NCBI GenBank assembly: GCA_000002445.1
Contig: CH464491.1
Span: 4,544,001 to 4,608,000, forward strand
Source of the DNA: Trypanosoma brucei
Taxonomy: Eukaryota
Direction of reading: 5' to 3'
DNA: 64,000 bases
Part shown: positions 1-12,794 of the stretch, in pieces
Position numbering within the stretch: position 1 is the first letter of the stretch
How the letters are laid out: each line of letters opens with the position of its first letter
Translations under genes and position numbers: made by a program
Notes under the pieces: model-generated
Told to the model about the DNA's origin: nothing
Database searches by the model: none
The model's input: the letters and a program-made list of their open reading frames with translations, nothing else

Positions 1-1
1 C

Positions 2-943
2 ACGGCCATCAACACTGCGAAGTTAACTGAGATTAAAATAACACCGGACACCGAGCTCACCACAAAAATATTCAAAGACAAAATAACCATTGGCGGGTTC
101 AGTACATGCACAGGATCCGCAGTAGCAAAAACACCGACGTTCTCGAGTGTCCTAAACACCTGCACCGTATCAAACAGTGAAACAGTAACCTATGCACGTA
201 ACGCCCCAGACTACATATACGGAGGGACAGCACAAGCGGTCTACAAAGATCATGACCCTGACCAAGGCTGCAAAGACGCGGCAGCGGCGGCCGAGCCCGG
301 CGCAACGGATGACATCAAACTCCGCTATGCAGTATGCGAAGCGCTCAAAATTATACAAACAGACGGGGGCAAGGTGCCACCCTTAAATGGCAAAGCACTG
401 AAAGGCGACAAACTAGTAACAAATATACTAAGAAACTGCCTACCTGCATACCAAGCAGTAAGTAAGCCGTTGGACTCAGTCGAAGCGAAGAATTTAAACG
501 ATTTTATAGAATCAGCATATGGTGCAGACGACGGAAAATTCAAAGAGATTTTCGATACCCCACTCGACTCACGACAGATAACCGTCAAACTGAATGACAA
601 AAGCGAAGACAAAGCACTAACTGCACTATCTACAGCTAGCGAACGCAACGCAGCGACTAGCCATAGCGCTGGCCAGCGGAACAAAAAAGAAATTGAAACA
701 TCAAAGAAACAACCAGCCGGTGCACCAGTTGCTTCCAAAGAATCAGAAGAAAAATGCAAGGACAAAACACAAAAAGAGTGCAAAGAGGAAGATGGGTGCG
801 TATTCAAGGGGGGAAAGTGCGAAGCTAAAGTAACCACAACAACAGGGACAGATGGGAAAACAAACACCACAGGAAGCAATTCATTTGTCATTAAGAAGGT
901 GCATCTTTTGCTTGCATTCTCCCTCGCATTATTAAATTTCTAA
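2..943 (+). CDS. VSG: VSG, 3' portion. The 5' end is cut by the window edge. The frame is open from nt 2 to the TAA at 941-943.
   Basis: Continuous frame-2 translation ends ...EKCKDKTQKECKEEDGCVFKGGKCEAKVTTTTGTDGKTNTTGSNSFVIKKVHLLLAFSLALLNF*. This is a Cys-rich C-terminal domain followed by a hydrophobic GPI signal. The track ORF 374..943 is the Met-started tail of the same frame. Confidence 0.85.
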   Translation, partial: TAINTAKLTEIKITPDTELTTKIFKDKITIGGFSTCTGSAVAKTPTFSSVLNTCTVSNSETVTYARNAPDYIYGGTAQAVYKDHDPDQGCKDAAAAAEPGATDDIKLRYAVCEALKIIQTDGGKVPPLNGKALKGDKLVTNILRNCLPAYQAVSKPLDSVEAKNLNDFIESAYGADDGKFKEIFDTPLDSRQITVKLNDKSEDKALTALSTASERNAATSHSAGQRNKKEIETSKKQPAGAPVASKESEEKCKDKTQKECKEEDGCVFKGGKCEAKVTTTTGTDGKTNTTGSNSFVIKKVHLLLAFSLALLNF

Positions 944-1199
944 AAGATTATGCTCAATTTTATGAAAATTATGAAACTTTATATTGTGAGAGAATTTGAT
1001 AAGATTTGATATCATTTGATATATCATAACTCTTTTTGATTAAAATTTGTAAACTGTTCAAGCATTCAAATATTTTGAAAACGTAAAAATTTAGCAAAAT
1101 TTATATGAAAGCAACTTACCAGTGTAAAGCAGTAGAGTGATAGGGTATGAAAAATTATTGATATTCTCATTTGGTTTATTTGTTTATTTTATTAATATT

Positions 1200-1300
1200 G
1201 TTTTATGATGATGGTAATAATAACAATAATAATAAGAATGTGTTGTGAGTGTGTTTATAATAATATTATTCTAAGAGTCGTGGTGAAGACTGAATTGATG
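1200..1300 (+). repeat. 70-bp-type repeat (VSG upstream recombination repeat), about one copy
   Basis: tgatgatggtaataataacaataataataagaatgtgttgtgagtgtgtttataataatattattctaagag matches the (TAA)n-GAGTGTTGTGAGTGTG-ATAATA consensus of T. brucei 70-bp repeats. Confidence 0.8.
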
Positions 1301-2193
1301 AACAAAACACAAGCACTTACAGAAATGACAAGGACGAAATGAGAGTAAGTAAGTTGGTATGAGAGTGTGTGAGGGCACGAGTAATATTATTATTAAAGGG
1401 AAGCAGAAACATAGAGAGGAAAAAGGAGATCGAATGTACGCAGCTTAAGACACAGATATGATAATAGTCATTATCATACACAAGAAGGCAATGAAGGGGC
1501 ATCATGTATAAACCAGAATGCAGTGTACAGAAAAAAAAAGGACTCTCCACCTTATCTTAAGTGAAAGAAGTAGAAATAAAAGTAAAAAATGGAACGAAAA
1601 TAACAGTATGTAATGAAAGAATATGCGACAACGCAGCGGACCACAAAAGGAAATGATGCGTCATTATGAGAAGTAGTAGCTCGTTCTGACCCTATAGTAC
1701 TCAAAAATGAAGATATAATACTGCAAAAATGATAATAGAGACGGTGTTCTTTTTCTTGATGGAGGGACCCTATGTTAGAAACTAAGGTCATGTGACAATA
1801 CTGATTAATAGAATAAATAATATTTATTTGGGATAAGAAGTGGTTGAATTCCAAAAAGGAGTTGAAATGGAGGATTTTTGAAATTAACCTTTTAGTTACA
1901 TAAAAAATAATATATTTCAAACATAGACCTATATGCATGATAGGTTGTAGCTAGCTGTAGCGAAAACTAAGGCGTAGTCAGTGCCGACGAACAACAGCAA
2001 ACCGAAAATCCGAACACGACATAACGGTTTAGAGGCTGTCTGCGGCAAAGAAGCGCAGCCGATGCACAAAGACCATAGTGGTCAGCCGAGAAATGCTATA
2101 GTTAAAAAACCAACATAAGTAGCAACTTAAAATCGACCTAGCCATTTACAAACAAAGATCCCTAAACAAAGCAAAGCACACGTAAGTAAGCGC

Positions 2194-3585
2194 AATGCGG
2201 TGGATCGGCATTTCCCTCGTCTTTGTCATAATGGCAACAGCAGATTTCGGCGGCTCAACAACGGGGGACGCAGCCCAAGACAAACTTCATACAGCATGCC
2301 AGGAGGTGGTATTCACCGCAGAAGTGGCACATACCTACGAAGAAAGAGCAGTTTAGGCGGAAAGTGCTTATCGGCAAATCGTGAAGCAGGCACTAATTTG
2401 GAACTTAGAGGCACAAACAGAAATAAAACACGAAAGAAGCGTCTTACTAGCAGCACTTTCTGCATCAGCGACGGCACTCGCCTCCGAATCAGAGAAAAAA
2501 GGAAAAGAAAAAGCCGCTAAGCTCAGACAGGCGGCGCAGGCGTTCGCACAGCGAGCGGAGGCTTTGCAAACAGCGTATAAAATGGCTGCACAACTTACGC
2601 AGCAAACAGCAACCCTTTCACAGCTCCAGCGAACACCGGCTACACGATAACGAGCGGCGCTACACAAGAAGGACAAAGTGCTTGTGACGACGATGCGAAA
2701 AAAGTCGACGGCAAGCAGCCGCAGCCAAAAGCGTTCGGGACCACCGCCCTAAAGAAACTAAAGCTGACGAAAGCCTCCGAGCTGCACACGCTGCTAAAAA
2801 AGGCATCCGTCAGCGTAACAGCAGCTGGCAACAACTGCGCCAGAGCCGATTCGGCGACGAACAGCATAACGTCATGCACCGGAAACATAGGTGCCGGTAC
2901 TGCGTTTAAACTGGCTGCGCAGAAGGAACCGCAACCACCCGAGACCAGCATCTTCGACAGCGATGACCGCCAAAAGGGTTGCGCAGAAAAGCTTGCAAGT
3001 GAAGACGACAAAAAAGACACAACAAAAGTTTTTCTGAACACGATCTGCTTGGCGGAACTACATACAACCAAGGACCTGCCCAAACTAGCCGACATCATTC
3101 CAAGCTCGCTGGCAGCAGACGACAGTGTGATAGCAGCAATCCGAAACGCCGATACAGCGTTCAGTAACATCAAAGACGTCAGCGATGGCACGAAAGACAG
3201 CGAGTTAGTAAAATATGTAACCAAGACCTACGGTCAAACCCCTGAAAAATTCACAGATGAGTTTATCACAAAGATGAACAAGCAACCTTTAAAGTATAGA
3301 GCCTCTAAAGAGATGACAACCAGTACCCTTGAGGAATTAGCAACAAAAAAAGAAGCAGGAACAGCAATCAGTTTTTATCATGCACAGCAACAAAGAAAGA
3401 GAACAGAAGAAGATTCAACTAAGGAAAAAGAAGCAACAGACAAAAAAGAAGAAAAGAAAGACGGGAATAGTAAAGCCAAAGTTGTAAATTGCACCAGTCA
3501 TGCCACTCACGATGGGTGCTCAAAGGGAAAGAATTGTAAATGAGAAAATAATGCTTGCAAAAATTCAAGTTTCCTTGTAAATTAA
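2194..3585 (+). pseudogene. VSG: VSG pseudogene, full length but carrying in-frame stops and frameshifts
   Basis: It starts with ATG and a signal peptide (MRWIGISLVFVIMATA), then hits a stop at about 2353. The frame restarts at 2381 and 3049. The C-terminus reads ...NCTSHATHDGCSKGKNCK*ENNACKNSSFLVN*, so a premature TGA precedes the SSFLVN GPI motif. Confidence 0.85.
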
Positions 3586-3867
3586 TTTTTTCTATGATTG
3601 CTGCGGATTTTGTGGGACTTCTATTTTAAGAATTTTTGCTCCATTTCACAAAATTTACCATTAACAGAGAGTTACCTATATTTGGAAAAATATGATATAT
3701 TTGAAAAGCATTTAATTAAAATGCATAAACTACAGAAATTATTAAGAATTTTACGTATAACATTTTGTTATGAAAGTGGCATATTTTTTCAAAGTAATGG
3801 GCAAATAGGGTATGAAAATGAATCATATTATTAAACTGTCATAACTATGTTAACTAGTAATAGTACC

Positions 3868-3945
3868 CCTAGAGATGCCGGCCACCTCAACGTGGTGCCA
3901 GGGTCCAGTACCCCGTATCATCTGGGGAAGCCAAGAGCCAGCAGC
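3868..3945 (+). promoter_or_regulatory. Pr77-like 5' signature of ingi/L1Tc-family elements (internal promoter)
   Basis: The first roughly 77 nt of the element match the conserved ingi/L1Tc/RIME 5' signature GCCGGCCACCTCAACGTGGTGCCAGGGTCCAGTACCCCGTATCATC. Confidence 0.7.
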
Positions 3946-5023
3946 GTTCCCTTCATGGGGAACACTGCTGTGCTCCGGCTACGGCATCATACAGCACAGG
4001 GATCAGCAGCGTCTTGCTGGGACACCGTCTTTCATTTGTCGGTCCCTGGGCACGTGCCAGTGTGCCATCAGCAGTATCATCCGCACTAAGATGCTGCTGT
4101 CCGGTGATGTGGAAGAGAATCCCGGCCCGTCTTTGCGCGGGATGCAGTGGAACTGCGCCGGGCTATCTCAAGGAAAGAGATTAGCACTCCACAAAACCCT
4201 TGTTGATGAGCGGATCGCCTTTTGTCTGTTGAGCGAGACAAGGATGACGCCTGAAGAGGCGGCTTGCTTTAGCGTTGCTGGCTACCAACATCACGAAATA
4301 GCTCGTAACTGCAAAGGAGGTGGTGTATCAATACAAGTGAGGGAGGACCTGCCAGTCGAGACCGGTATGCCCGTTATTGGTCGCATTGAACAAGTGCATG
4401 CAACAATTCACCTTGCACGTGGAACGGCGCTGACTGTCACGTCGGCATACATCCCACCAAAACACACCTTCACGGCAACTGACCTAGATACGCTTCTGAC
4501 GACTGACGGTGCCCAGCTCATCGGTGCAGACGCTAACGCACACGCGTTGGCATGGGATCGCGCGAGCCCACCAAATACCAAGGGTGAAACCCTCACACAG
4601 TGGTGCATTGACAACCAGTTTCTGGTCTGCAACACTGATGAGTGCACCAGGTACGCGCGCCACCACGGGGAGTCCACCCCTGACGTGACACTGTCAAGGA
4701 ATTGCACAGTGTACACGTGGACATCGCTGTATTCTCCCGATAGCGATCACCATCACATATTTTTCGACGTTATCGTTGGAGACGACACAGATGCACTGAG
4801 TTGCCCGCGGCTTCGAAAGCCCATGTACGGATGGCTAAAAGCTAACTGGAGGAATTTCCGTCTCAAGGTTGACGAGCTCTGCAGGAAAATTGGTAGAAAG
4901 AAGAACGTCAACACCCTGAAACAGAAATTGAGCTCCGCCATCCGCATTGGACACCTGAGCTCGCGAAACTCGATGAAGAGATCGCTGGATGCGGACCCTC
5001 CCACCGAAGGAAAAAATTGGTAG
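3875..5023 (+). pseudogene. ingi ORF fragment: 2A plus AP-endonuclease-like N-terminal region
   Basis: 382-aa track ORF. The frame changes at about 5017-5023 into ORF 5017..5409. Confidence 0.7.
4106..4129 (+). other. 2A-like self-cleaving peptide motif DVEENPGP in the ingi N-terminal region
   Basis: The frame 3875..5023 contains ...KMLLSGDVEENPGPSLRG..., the canonical D(V/I)ExNPGP 2A motif reported for L1Tc/ingi. Confidence 0.8.
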
Positions 5024-5464
5024 CCACGCGTAAGCAAATCCTGGACCGTACCACAAAGAAGAGATGGAGCACGCTATGCTCCAGACTTGCGGTGTCGGAC
5101 CGCTGCAGTTGGCACATTGTCAAGAAGGTATATGCGCCACGACCACTAACCACACCGGCTGTACTTGTTGATAACGCGGCCATCACGGACTACCGTCAAG
5201 CTGAGAGGTTCAGTAAACTGTACTCGTCCCGCGCAAGAAGGCACCCCAACTCACACCCACCGGCACCAATAAAGACGATAGCGAGTGAGTTCAGTCCCAT
5301 CACGATGGCTGAACTACGGAGATCGATCAAACTGCTACCGAGTGGATCCGCAGCCGGACCTGATTGCTTATACAACGAGGCACTGAACATCTCGGTAAAA
5401 CAGCGCTGAATGTTGTTCTGAGGCTATTCAATGAGAGCCTACGAACGGGAGTCGTGCCGCCTGC

Positions 5465-6829
5465 ATGGAAGACTGGTGTTATCATCCCCATCCTGAAGGC
5501 CGGAAAAACGCGGAGGACCTCGATTCTTACAGGCCTGTGACACTCAGGAGCTGTCTCTGCAAAGTCATGGAGCGCATAATTGCGGCGAGGCTTAGAGACA
5601 CTGTTGAGTCCCAGCTGACGCCACAGCAATCAGGCTTTCGCCCCGGATGCTCAACGCTCGAACAACTCCTGCACATCCGCGCTGCCCTCTGCCGTCCCAC
5701 GCACCAATCTCGTACGGGTACTGTATTTGTCGACTACGAGAAGGCATTCGATACAGCAGACCACGACAAAATTGCGAGGGAAATGCACAGAATGAAGGTA
5801 TCACCCCACATTGTGAAGTGGTGCGTATCATTTCTGAGTAACCGAACTGGCAGAGTGAGATTCAAGGAGAAGCTTTCCAGAAGCAGAACATTTGAGCGAG
5901 GAGTGCCACAAGGAACTGTCCTTGGCCCAATGATATTCATTATTGTCATGAACTCGTTGAGCCAACGCCTTGCAGAAGTGCCGTTACTGCAGCACGGATT
6001 CTTTGCAGACGACCTAACGCCACTTGCGAGGCACACAGAGAGGGATGTCATCAACCACACGCTACAATGCGGCCTCAACGTGGTGTTACAGTGGTCAAAA
6101 GAGTACTTCATGTCTGTCAACGTAGCGAAAACAGAGTGCACACTCTTCGGGTGTATAGAGCGCCACCCCCTTACATTACAACTGTACGGCGAAAGAATAG
6201 GAGCCGACAGGACACCGAAGCTTCTAGGAGTAACATTCCAGTGTCTGCAGGGGATGGCAACACATGCGGCCGAAACGAGACGCAAGATGGACTTCAGACT
6301 ACTGCAGATAGCAGCCATCTCAGCTTCTACATGGGGGCCAAGACGACAAGTACTGAGAGCTTTTTATCTAGCACTCGTACAGGCACACACCATGTATGGC
6401 ATTGAGGTATGGTACTGGGACGCTTCGGAACGAAGTCGCAACCTCCTTGCAGCAGCACAACACAAAGCCAGTCGCATCATAGCTGGCATACCGCATGGGA
6501 CGCGCAAAGAGGACTCTCTGCTGGAAGCAAACCTCCTGCCACTCAAGACGGCCACTCTTGTGCGCAGAATGAAATTCATGCTGATGTGTGAGTCACGAGG
6601 CGGATGTTTGCGGCGTAGTGCTGAGGAAGTATACCACAGCAAACACCCAGTCAGAGCCCTGCATTCCCGTATCATGCGGTCCTACCCCCACCTCCGCATT
6701 GAGCCACGCGAGCACCCACTAGAGACATCGACGCTCCGCCACAGCTGCCGACCGCTATTTCACACGCAGATAAAGCCTGTGTGCGCTGATGACCCTGACG
6801 ATGTAAAAACAAAGGGTTCCAAAAAGTGA
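5465..6829 (+). pseudogene. ingi reverse transcriptase domain fragment
   Basis: 454-aa ORF with the RT motifs FVDYEKAFDT, GVPQGTVLGPMIF and HGFFADDLT (an FADD variant of YXDD). Confidence 0.85.
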
Positions 6830-7088
6830 ATTGCACGGCATTTTGCACGGAGGGGGATAGGAGCCACCGCGGCGAGAGCACTACGAATTGTAGACTGATG
6901 GATCCGTCTCCCTCGGTGAGAAGCCCGGAGCAGCTGCACTGCTCTATAGAAACAACACGCTGATTTGTGCACCCAAAACTGGAGCAGGGGAACTCTCATG
7001 CAGTTAAAGAGCGGAATGCGTAGCATTAGAGATAGGACTGCAACGGCTGCTGAAATGGCTTCCGGCATACAGAAGCACACCGAGCAGG

Positions 7089-8912
7089 TTGTCCATCTTC
7101 TCTGACTCGCTGTCAATGTTAACAGCACTGCAGACAGGCTTTCTAATAGTGTCGGACCCAATTCTAAGACGACTATGGAGGCTTCTGCTTCAAGTTCAGA
7201 GAAGGAAGATGCGTATCCGACTGCAATTTGTATTTGGCCATTGTGGCGTGAAACGGAATGAGGTTTGTGATGACATGGCCAAAAAGGCCGCTGATTTACC
7301 ACAGTTGCGAGACACATGGATAACGGACATCATTGCTTACGCGAAGCGAGTGCTTAGGTCGGAAGAAGTCCATGAGAACACTCATAGGTTTGGTATTACA
7401 GGCAACCACTTTCCAACAAAAAATAAGGAAGAACTGACGAGGGAAGAAGAAACGGCACTGGCACGCTTTCGGGTTGGGTCTTCAAGACACTATGGATGGA
7501 TGTTGCGAAAGATCAACCCGAGTGTGCCTCCACAGTGCCGATGGTGTAACCCGCAACATGCAGCGATAGGGCCAACAATACAAACAACCACACCTGTTGC
7601 GACACGCACTCTTCAGAGAACCTCCGAATCCACCAAATGTACGGAATGTGATGCCACATACCAATGCCGCTCGAGTGCTGTAACGCACATGGTAAACAAA
7701 CATGGCTTTGTGCGAGCTGATGCCCTCCGGAGGATCAAATACGGCGATGCAAGACCTGCAGTGGACATCCCCCCGGAGCCCCTTCCAGTGGTGGCGATCG
7801 TTCCTCTACCATCGAGCACACGAGTCCCGATGAGACCGCAGGTGCTTCATTGTACCCTCTGTGCCTACAAATTCGCAGTGCCAGGCCGACTATTACACCA
7901 CCTTAGAACAATACATGGCATAGGCAGCGGTAGTTGCCGCGTGAAAAGGGGGCGAGAAAACGAAGACTCAGTGCAAGGAGATGGTAGAGCCCCAGCAGCG
8001 CCAGCCTCTCAGGATACACGGAAGCTGCCGTTTCAATGTGACCTGTGCGAGGCGAGCTTCGGTACACGCTCTTCCCTGTCACTACACAAGAAATTCAAAC
8101 ATAAGAGCATAGTGACGGAGGACGGTACCGTGGTGGTGGTGCAAATCCCTCGTAAGCGTGCCCGTGAGGGAAACGTTGACGCCCCGGGGAAAGGCGAGGT
8201 GCAGTGTGGTGTGTGCCAAAAAGTGCTCAGTTGCAGGGACTCCCTCATCCGACACTGTAAGGCTTTCCACAAAGGTGAGGGAGTCGAGCTTAAATGCAGC
8301 AATAACACAAAATTGTGTGCCACTGATTCCCCGCATACAAACACATCCATGTTGGTTTGCCCGACATGCGGAAGGCAGTGTGCTAGCAAAACTGGCCTCA
8401 CCCTACATCAAAAGAAGATGCACGGTATGAGAGTAGAGCGCGCTGTTACCAGCCAACGCGGCAACTGCGAAGAAACGTCGCTGCACTTGATGAGCTGTCC
8501 CGGTTTGAAGGAGTTACGTGTCAGGTTTGCGGTAGAAGGTGTGTGTGTGCAGGATGTATGTTTCTTTAAAAGGCTGGCGCAATTTCTCATTGCGGTTGAA
8601 CGGAGCCGGCCGCAGGTGAAGTCTTCCCCTAATGTAACAGTCATACAACCCACTCTCCCTTCTGCAACTTCCCCCCTTATTGCCGACTGTGGAGCTAGCA
8701 GGAAAAGCACCGGACGCAGGAATAGTCCAGACACCCTCAGAGACAGAGGGGGTATGCAATCAACAAGCAAAAAAACAGAAAGAGGGGGAGAGAATAATAA
8801 ACGAATAACAAAAATCAAAACAAAAGAATTGCTAATTGACATCTTTGGGAGAGTCCAGGGTGGGGGGCTTCTCGCCCCATCTGCTGTATTCCGTTCAAAT
8901 GCGGAGCTATAA
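7089..8912 (+). pseudogene. ingi C-terminal region with five C2H2 zinc fingers
   Basis: 607-aa ORF. The C2H2 units are CTECDATYQCRSSAVTHMVNKHG, HCTLCAYKFAVPGRLLHHLRTIHG, FQCDLCEASFGTRSSLSLHKKFKHK, VQCGVCQKVLSCRDSLIRHCKAFHK and LVCPTCGRQCASKTGLTLHQKKMHG. Confidence 0.85.
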
Positions 8913-10240
8913 CAAAAATTATAGAGAGTGTGTTAGGCTTAATAAAAGAAGGAGACTCTGCCACAGTCGCCAGAACGATAGCATCTCAGGGCTCTACGGT
9001 GATGGCTGATGGCCGCGCCAGGGGGAGGGGAAACTCTCACGAAAGCAAAAATTTTTTTTTTTTAAAAATCCTGTTGTGCCTATGCATCTTCAGTAACATT
9101 ATAACGCTGAAACGTTTGCAGCACATGTGACCTCGGAAATTTTGCACCGTGATCCTGGTTAATTGTAATTCCTTTCGCATTTGTGTTGCAATTTTGGTCC
9201 TCTCTGCATTTGTGCTTTGTGTTTATTTTATCCGCCCAAAGAGCGCCGGGTCAGCCTGTATTCTCATGTGAATTATTCGTTCCTTGAATGGTCTTAACGT
9301 CTGTCCTGTCTACTAATAAATAATTAGAAAAATATTTTTACTGATTCTTTTTGCTTTATAATGCTCGACAATAAGTTTATACATACGTTACTTTAACAAA
9401 TGTTTGTTCTTATATTCCTATTGCTGTCCACGTTGATCCAGAAATAATCATAGTATTTATAGTATTTGACAACACAATATTATACTGTTGGGAACAAACA
9501 TTGGCACTTATTATTATGTTTAATATAAAAATTCTTCGATATTAACTCGGATGTGACCAATATTTTCTTTCTTATTATTCTTTTTCTCCACAGGTGGATA
9601 TTAGTAAATCCCATCATATTAAAAACCAGAATCATTACCATCTCTGAAGTTTTATATGTCCATATTTAAGTGAAATATGGTGCTAATATCCCCTTGTATT
9701 ACTTGCGTTTGTGATGCAATGCCGGTCATTCGGGTTTTTACTATGTATTTTATTCTTTTCCTTTTCGTCTACCATTTTTACCCCTTCATAACACGTGGTG
9801 TTTTTATTTTACCAGCACACTGGATTGTGCTTCACCATCATTTTCTTCGCCATCATATACTTTCGGATAATTATTCCCTGCATTTTTTGTATAAAACTGC
9901 GCAATTTCCATTTTTTGCATGTATAACTCACCTACTCCCATTGCACCCTTCCAATTGATTTAAGTGCTTCTACTTCGGACGTATGTTTAGTCATTAAGAC
10001 AACTCCTACTGCAAAATTAGTATATATACACTTACAATACACTTCTATCTTCGCCATTATTATTACTATCATTGCTATTATAATATCAATAAAACAATCC
10101 AAAATAAACAAAGTTAGCAAATTAAAATATCACACATTTTTTATAACTTATCACACTACTACTTTATAACCATTGGCCGCTTTCATGCTAAAATTTTTAT
10201 AATTTCAATAATCTTCCATATTGCAAATGATTGACAGACA

Positions 10241-10256
10241 GTGTTTAATTATATCA
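10241..10256 (-). promoter_or_regulatory. VSG 3'UTR 16-mer-like element
   Basis: The reverse complement reads TGATATAATTAAACAC, which resembles the conserved VSG 3'UTR 16-mer TGATATATTTTAACAC. Confidence 0.5.
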
Positions 10257-10310
10257 AATTTTAAACATTTTTATAAATTTCATAGAGCTGAGAAAATATC
10301 TTTAGAATTC

Positions 10311-11839
10311 TCAAAATGCTACAAAACTTACAAAAGCACAAGCCATCAAAGCCAATTTCTTATTGAGAAAAATAGAGGGATATTTTCAAGTTTCGCCCTC
10401 CCATTTGCAATCCGGAGATTTGCATTCTTTCTCTACTTTCCCTTTGCATTTCTCTGTTGTTGTTTTCTCTCCTTTTTCTGTTGCTCGTTCTCCCTCTACT
10501 GATTTTATTGGATTGTATTTGTTTGTCTTTTTATCGTATGTGCATGTTTTATCTTGGCACTCCTTGGCCTTGTTGTGAAACTGTTCGCATATTTTTTTGT
10601 TTGTGTAATCATCCTTTGGTGCTGCCGTTTCTGTTGGGAATGCAGTTTCTGCAACATCAGGTTCTGGTTGGCTAGTGTAGTATAGTAGTAATTTGGAATA
10701 TTGGTCGCTGCCTCCGTCTAGGTTTTTCAGTTTATTATCCTTGACGTTTATTCCCCACTCATTGTCGCTTACTATCGTTGTCTGCCGGATGTTTTTTAAG
10801 TAAGTGTTAACAAAGTCGTCGGGTGTTTTGCCCAAAATTTCCCTCAACTGATCCTTCTCACTGTTTGAAGTGGCGAAAGCTGCTGTTTTTAATGTCTTGT
10901 TGAGTTGTATTTGCGCGGTCGCTTGTATAAAGGTGACGTCGTCGAAAAGCTGATTGTAGATCGCCTTGTCGGCTGCTGTTGGTTCGTCAATGTTAATGCT
11001 GTCCAATGCTGTTTGGGCTGCCTCTGCCTCTTTGTACGTCGGTTGGTTTGTGGAGGCTTGTAGGTTGTTCATGCCCGGCACCGCTAGTGTGGGGCCGGCC
11101 GCCATGGTTATTGCGCCGCCACCATAGTAAATTGTCCCTCCGGTCACGGCGTTATTGGCTGGCATCTCTCCTTTTGTTGTGGGTGTGCCGAAGAAAGTAC
11201 AGTCTGCTTTGGTGTACGTGGCTGGGTCGTCTATACTGGATTTGGCGGTTACCGCCTTGAAATTTACGGGTGCTGCTCCTGCGTCTGCGTACCGTTGGAG
11301 CTGCTCTGGCGTTGTCTGGTCGCATCCTGGGACGTTGTCGTTTAGGCCCGTCCACGATGCAACGGAAGCTCCTGTGGCTGCTGTTATAATGCAGCCGCTG
11401 CCGCTTGAAGTTGCTCCGGAAAATTGGCTCAGCAACGACAGAAATTCCGTTGCATGCCCAGCAGCTAGACCTGCACGGACAGAAAAAGTTAGCCCTGCCG
11501 TTGCTGCGCCGTGGAAGGTTGTTGTTTTTGTTCTTTAAATATATCGACGTTGGTAGCAACTGCTGAAGCTAACTTGCCGACGCGTTGCATTTTGTTCATT
11601 TCTGCATAAATAGCCAGCTGGTTTCGTGTAATGGTCAGCTGCTTGATGAACGCTTGAGCTGCCGTCAGCTCCGAGTTGGCATATTGGTGCGATTCTTTTA
11701 GTTCTCCATCCAGCGTGCAGATTGATGTGAACTCAGAGGCCGCAACTGCATACGTTGCGTTGCGAGCCTCAGAAACCGTCAGCATTGCGCTCAAAAGTAG
11801 AAGACGTAGGAGGGCACGCTGCGCCATGTGTTTCTGCAT
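10311..11839 (-). pseudogene. VSG: VSG pseudogene with an N-terminal frameshift and a TGA before the GPI signal
   Basis: Track ORFs 11489..11935 (signal peptide MAQRALLRLLLLSAMLTVSEA) and 10386..11435 lie in different frames. The C-terminus reads ...[44 protein letters not shown]. Confidence 0.85.
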
Positions 11840-12794
11840 CCTTTGTTGTTTTACTACTTGAAAGGTGACTTCCGTTTTGACCCTTAGGTGAACACAACCC
11901 AGTCGGCTGGGTAAAACTCGCGTTTGCGAAAACACGTATAAATTAAATCAAACTTGGTTAAAGATAATCACTCCAATATTTCGTCTTTGTCATATGTTCA
12001 ACTTATGAAAAAAATTGGTTTGATAAAAGAAACCAACGATTATCAAGACCGAAAAATATTTTGACACGTTTTCACATTATGTCCTAGTTTATCTATATAT
12101 ATATCTGTCTAAAGCCTTTACCATTTTATGTTCTTGTGCGCTTCTATTGCGGTAAAACTCGTGTTGTGGGAGTGAGTCTGAAATAACGACATGACAGTGC
12201 AGTTTAATTCGTAAACATGCTCTTTCGTATTTTTCACTGTTGTCATATCTTATTGCTGTTCTATTTTGACTATTTGCTGGCAGCTGCGATATTTCTGCAC
12301 TCTTTTGCTTTGACGTTCTCTGATATTTTACATACATGTCAGGACACTGTGCATTCATACACAAATAATACGTTCCGTGAAAGCTGTAAACGTCTTACAA
12401 GCGTAGAAATACATAATTGGAGGAAGATGGTCATCGATTCTCTATACTTCACTAAGATCCTCCATTGGTTTATATACACGGTTTATTCACAGTGGTTTCC
12501 TCCGTGCTTTAGTCAGCACCGTCTGCTGTAGATATCGCTGCGAATATTTTACTTGTCGGATCTGAGTCAATCGTTAGAATCCTAATTTTCATGGACACAG
12601 CTTGTACTTTTTTTTGCTACGAAGATCTCTTGTTTATTGCTGGGTTTGGAGGTGCCAAGAATTTGTTTATTCTCTGTGTTTTTTTTTATAACAACAATAC
12701 TATCAGCTCCTAAACGTTATTTTACAAATCCTTACCACCACTTCACCATTTTAATTATCTTACTTGTTTCTATTGTTTGACTACATATAGTCTT

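Larger units (their letters stand above)
3868..9065 (+). mobile_element. ingi: ingi non-LTR (LINE-like) retrotransposon, degenerate, with its ORF broken into at least 4 frames
   Basis: The 5' end CCCTAGAGATGCCGGCCACCTCAACGTGGTGCCAGGGTCCAGTACCCCGTATCATCTGGGG is a Pr77-type signature. It also has a 2A-like peptide, an AP-endonuclease region, RT with an FADD box, and five C2H2 fingers. The 3' end reads ...GCATCTCAGGGCTCTACGGTGATGGCTGATGGCCGCGCCAGGGGG followed by an A/T run. The length of about 5.2 kb fits ingi. Confidence 0.9.

Noticed and set aside
1317-1938. Minus-strand ORFs of 77 and 128 aa
   Set aside because: They lie in an AT-rich spacer between the 70-bp repeat and the next VSG. Their composition is low-complexity Phe/Tyr/Ile, and they have no domain features.
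2640-3224. 194-aa minus-strand ORF
   Set aside because: Antisense to VSG pseudogene 2194-3585. It is a chance open frame in Ala/Ser-rich antisense sequence.
8961-9030. Sequence whose reverse complement reads CCCCCTGGCGCGGCCATCAGCCATCACCGTAGAGCC. It looks like an element 5' end on the minus strand.
   Set aside because: I first read this as the 5' end of a minus-strand ingi/RIME. The coding polarity (2A, APE, RT, zinc fingers all on the plus strand) and the Pr77 signature at 3868 show it is the 3' terminus of the plus-strand ingi. The two termini are partially palindromic.
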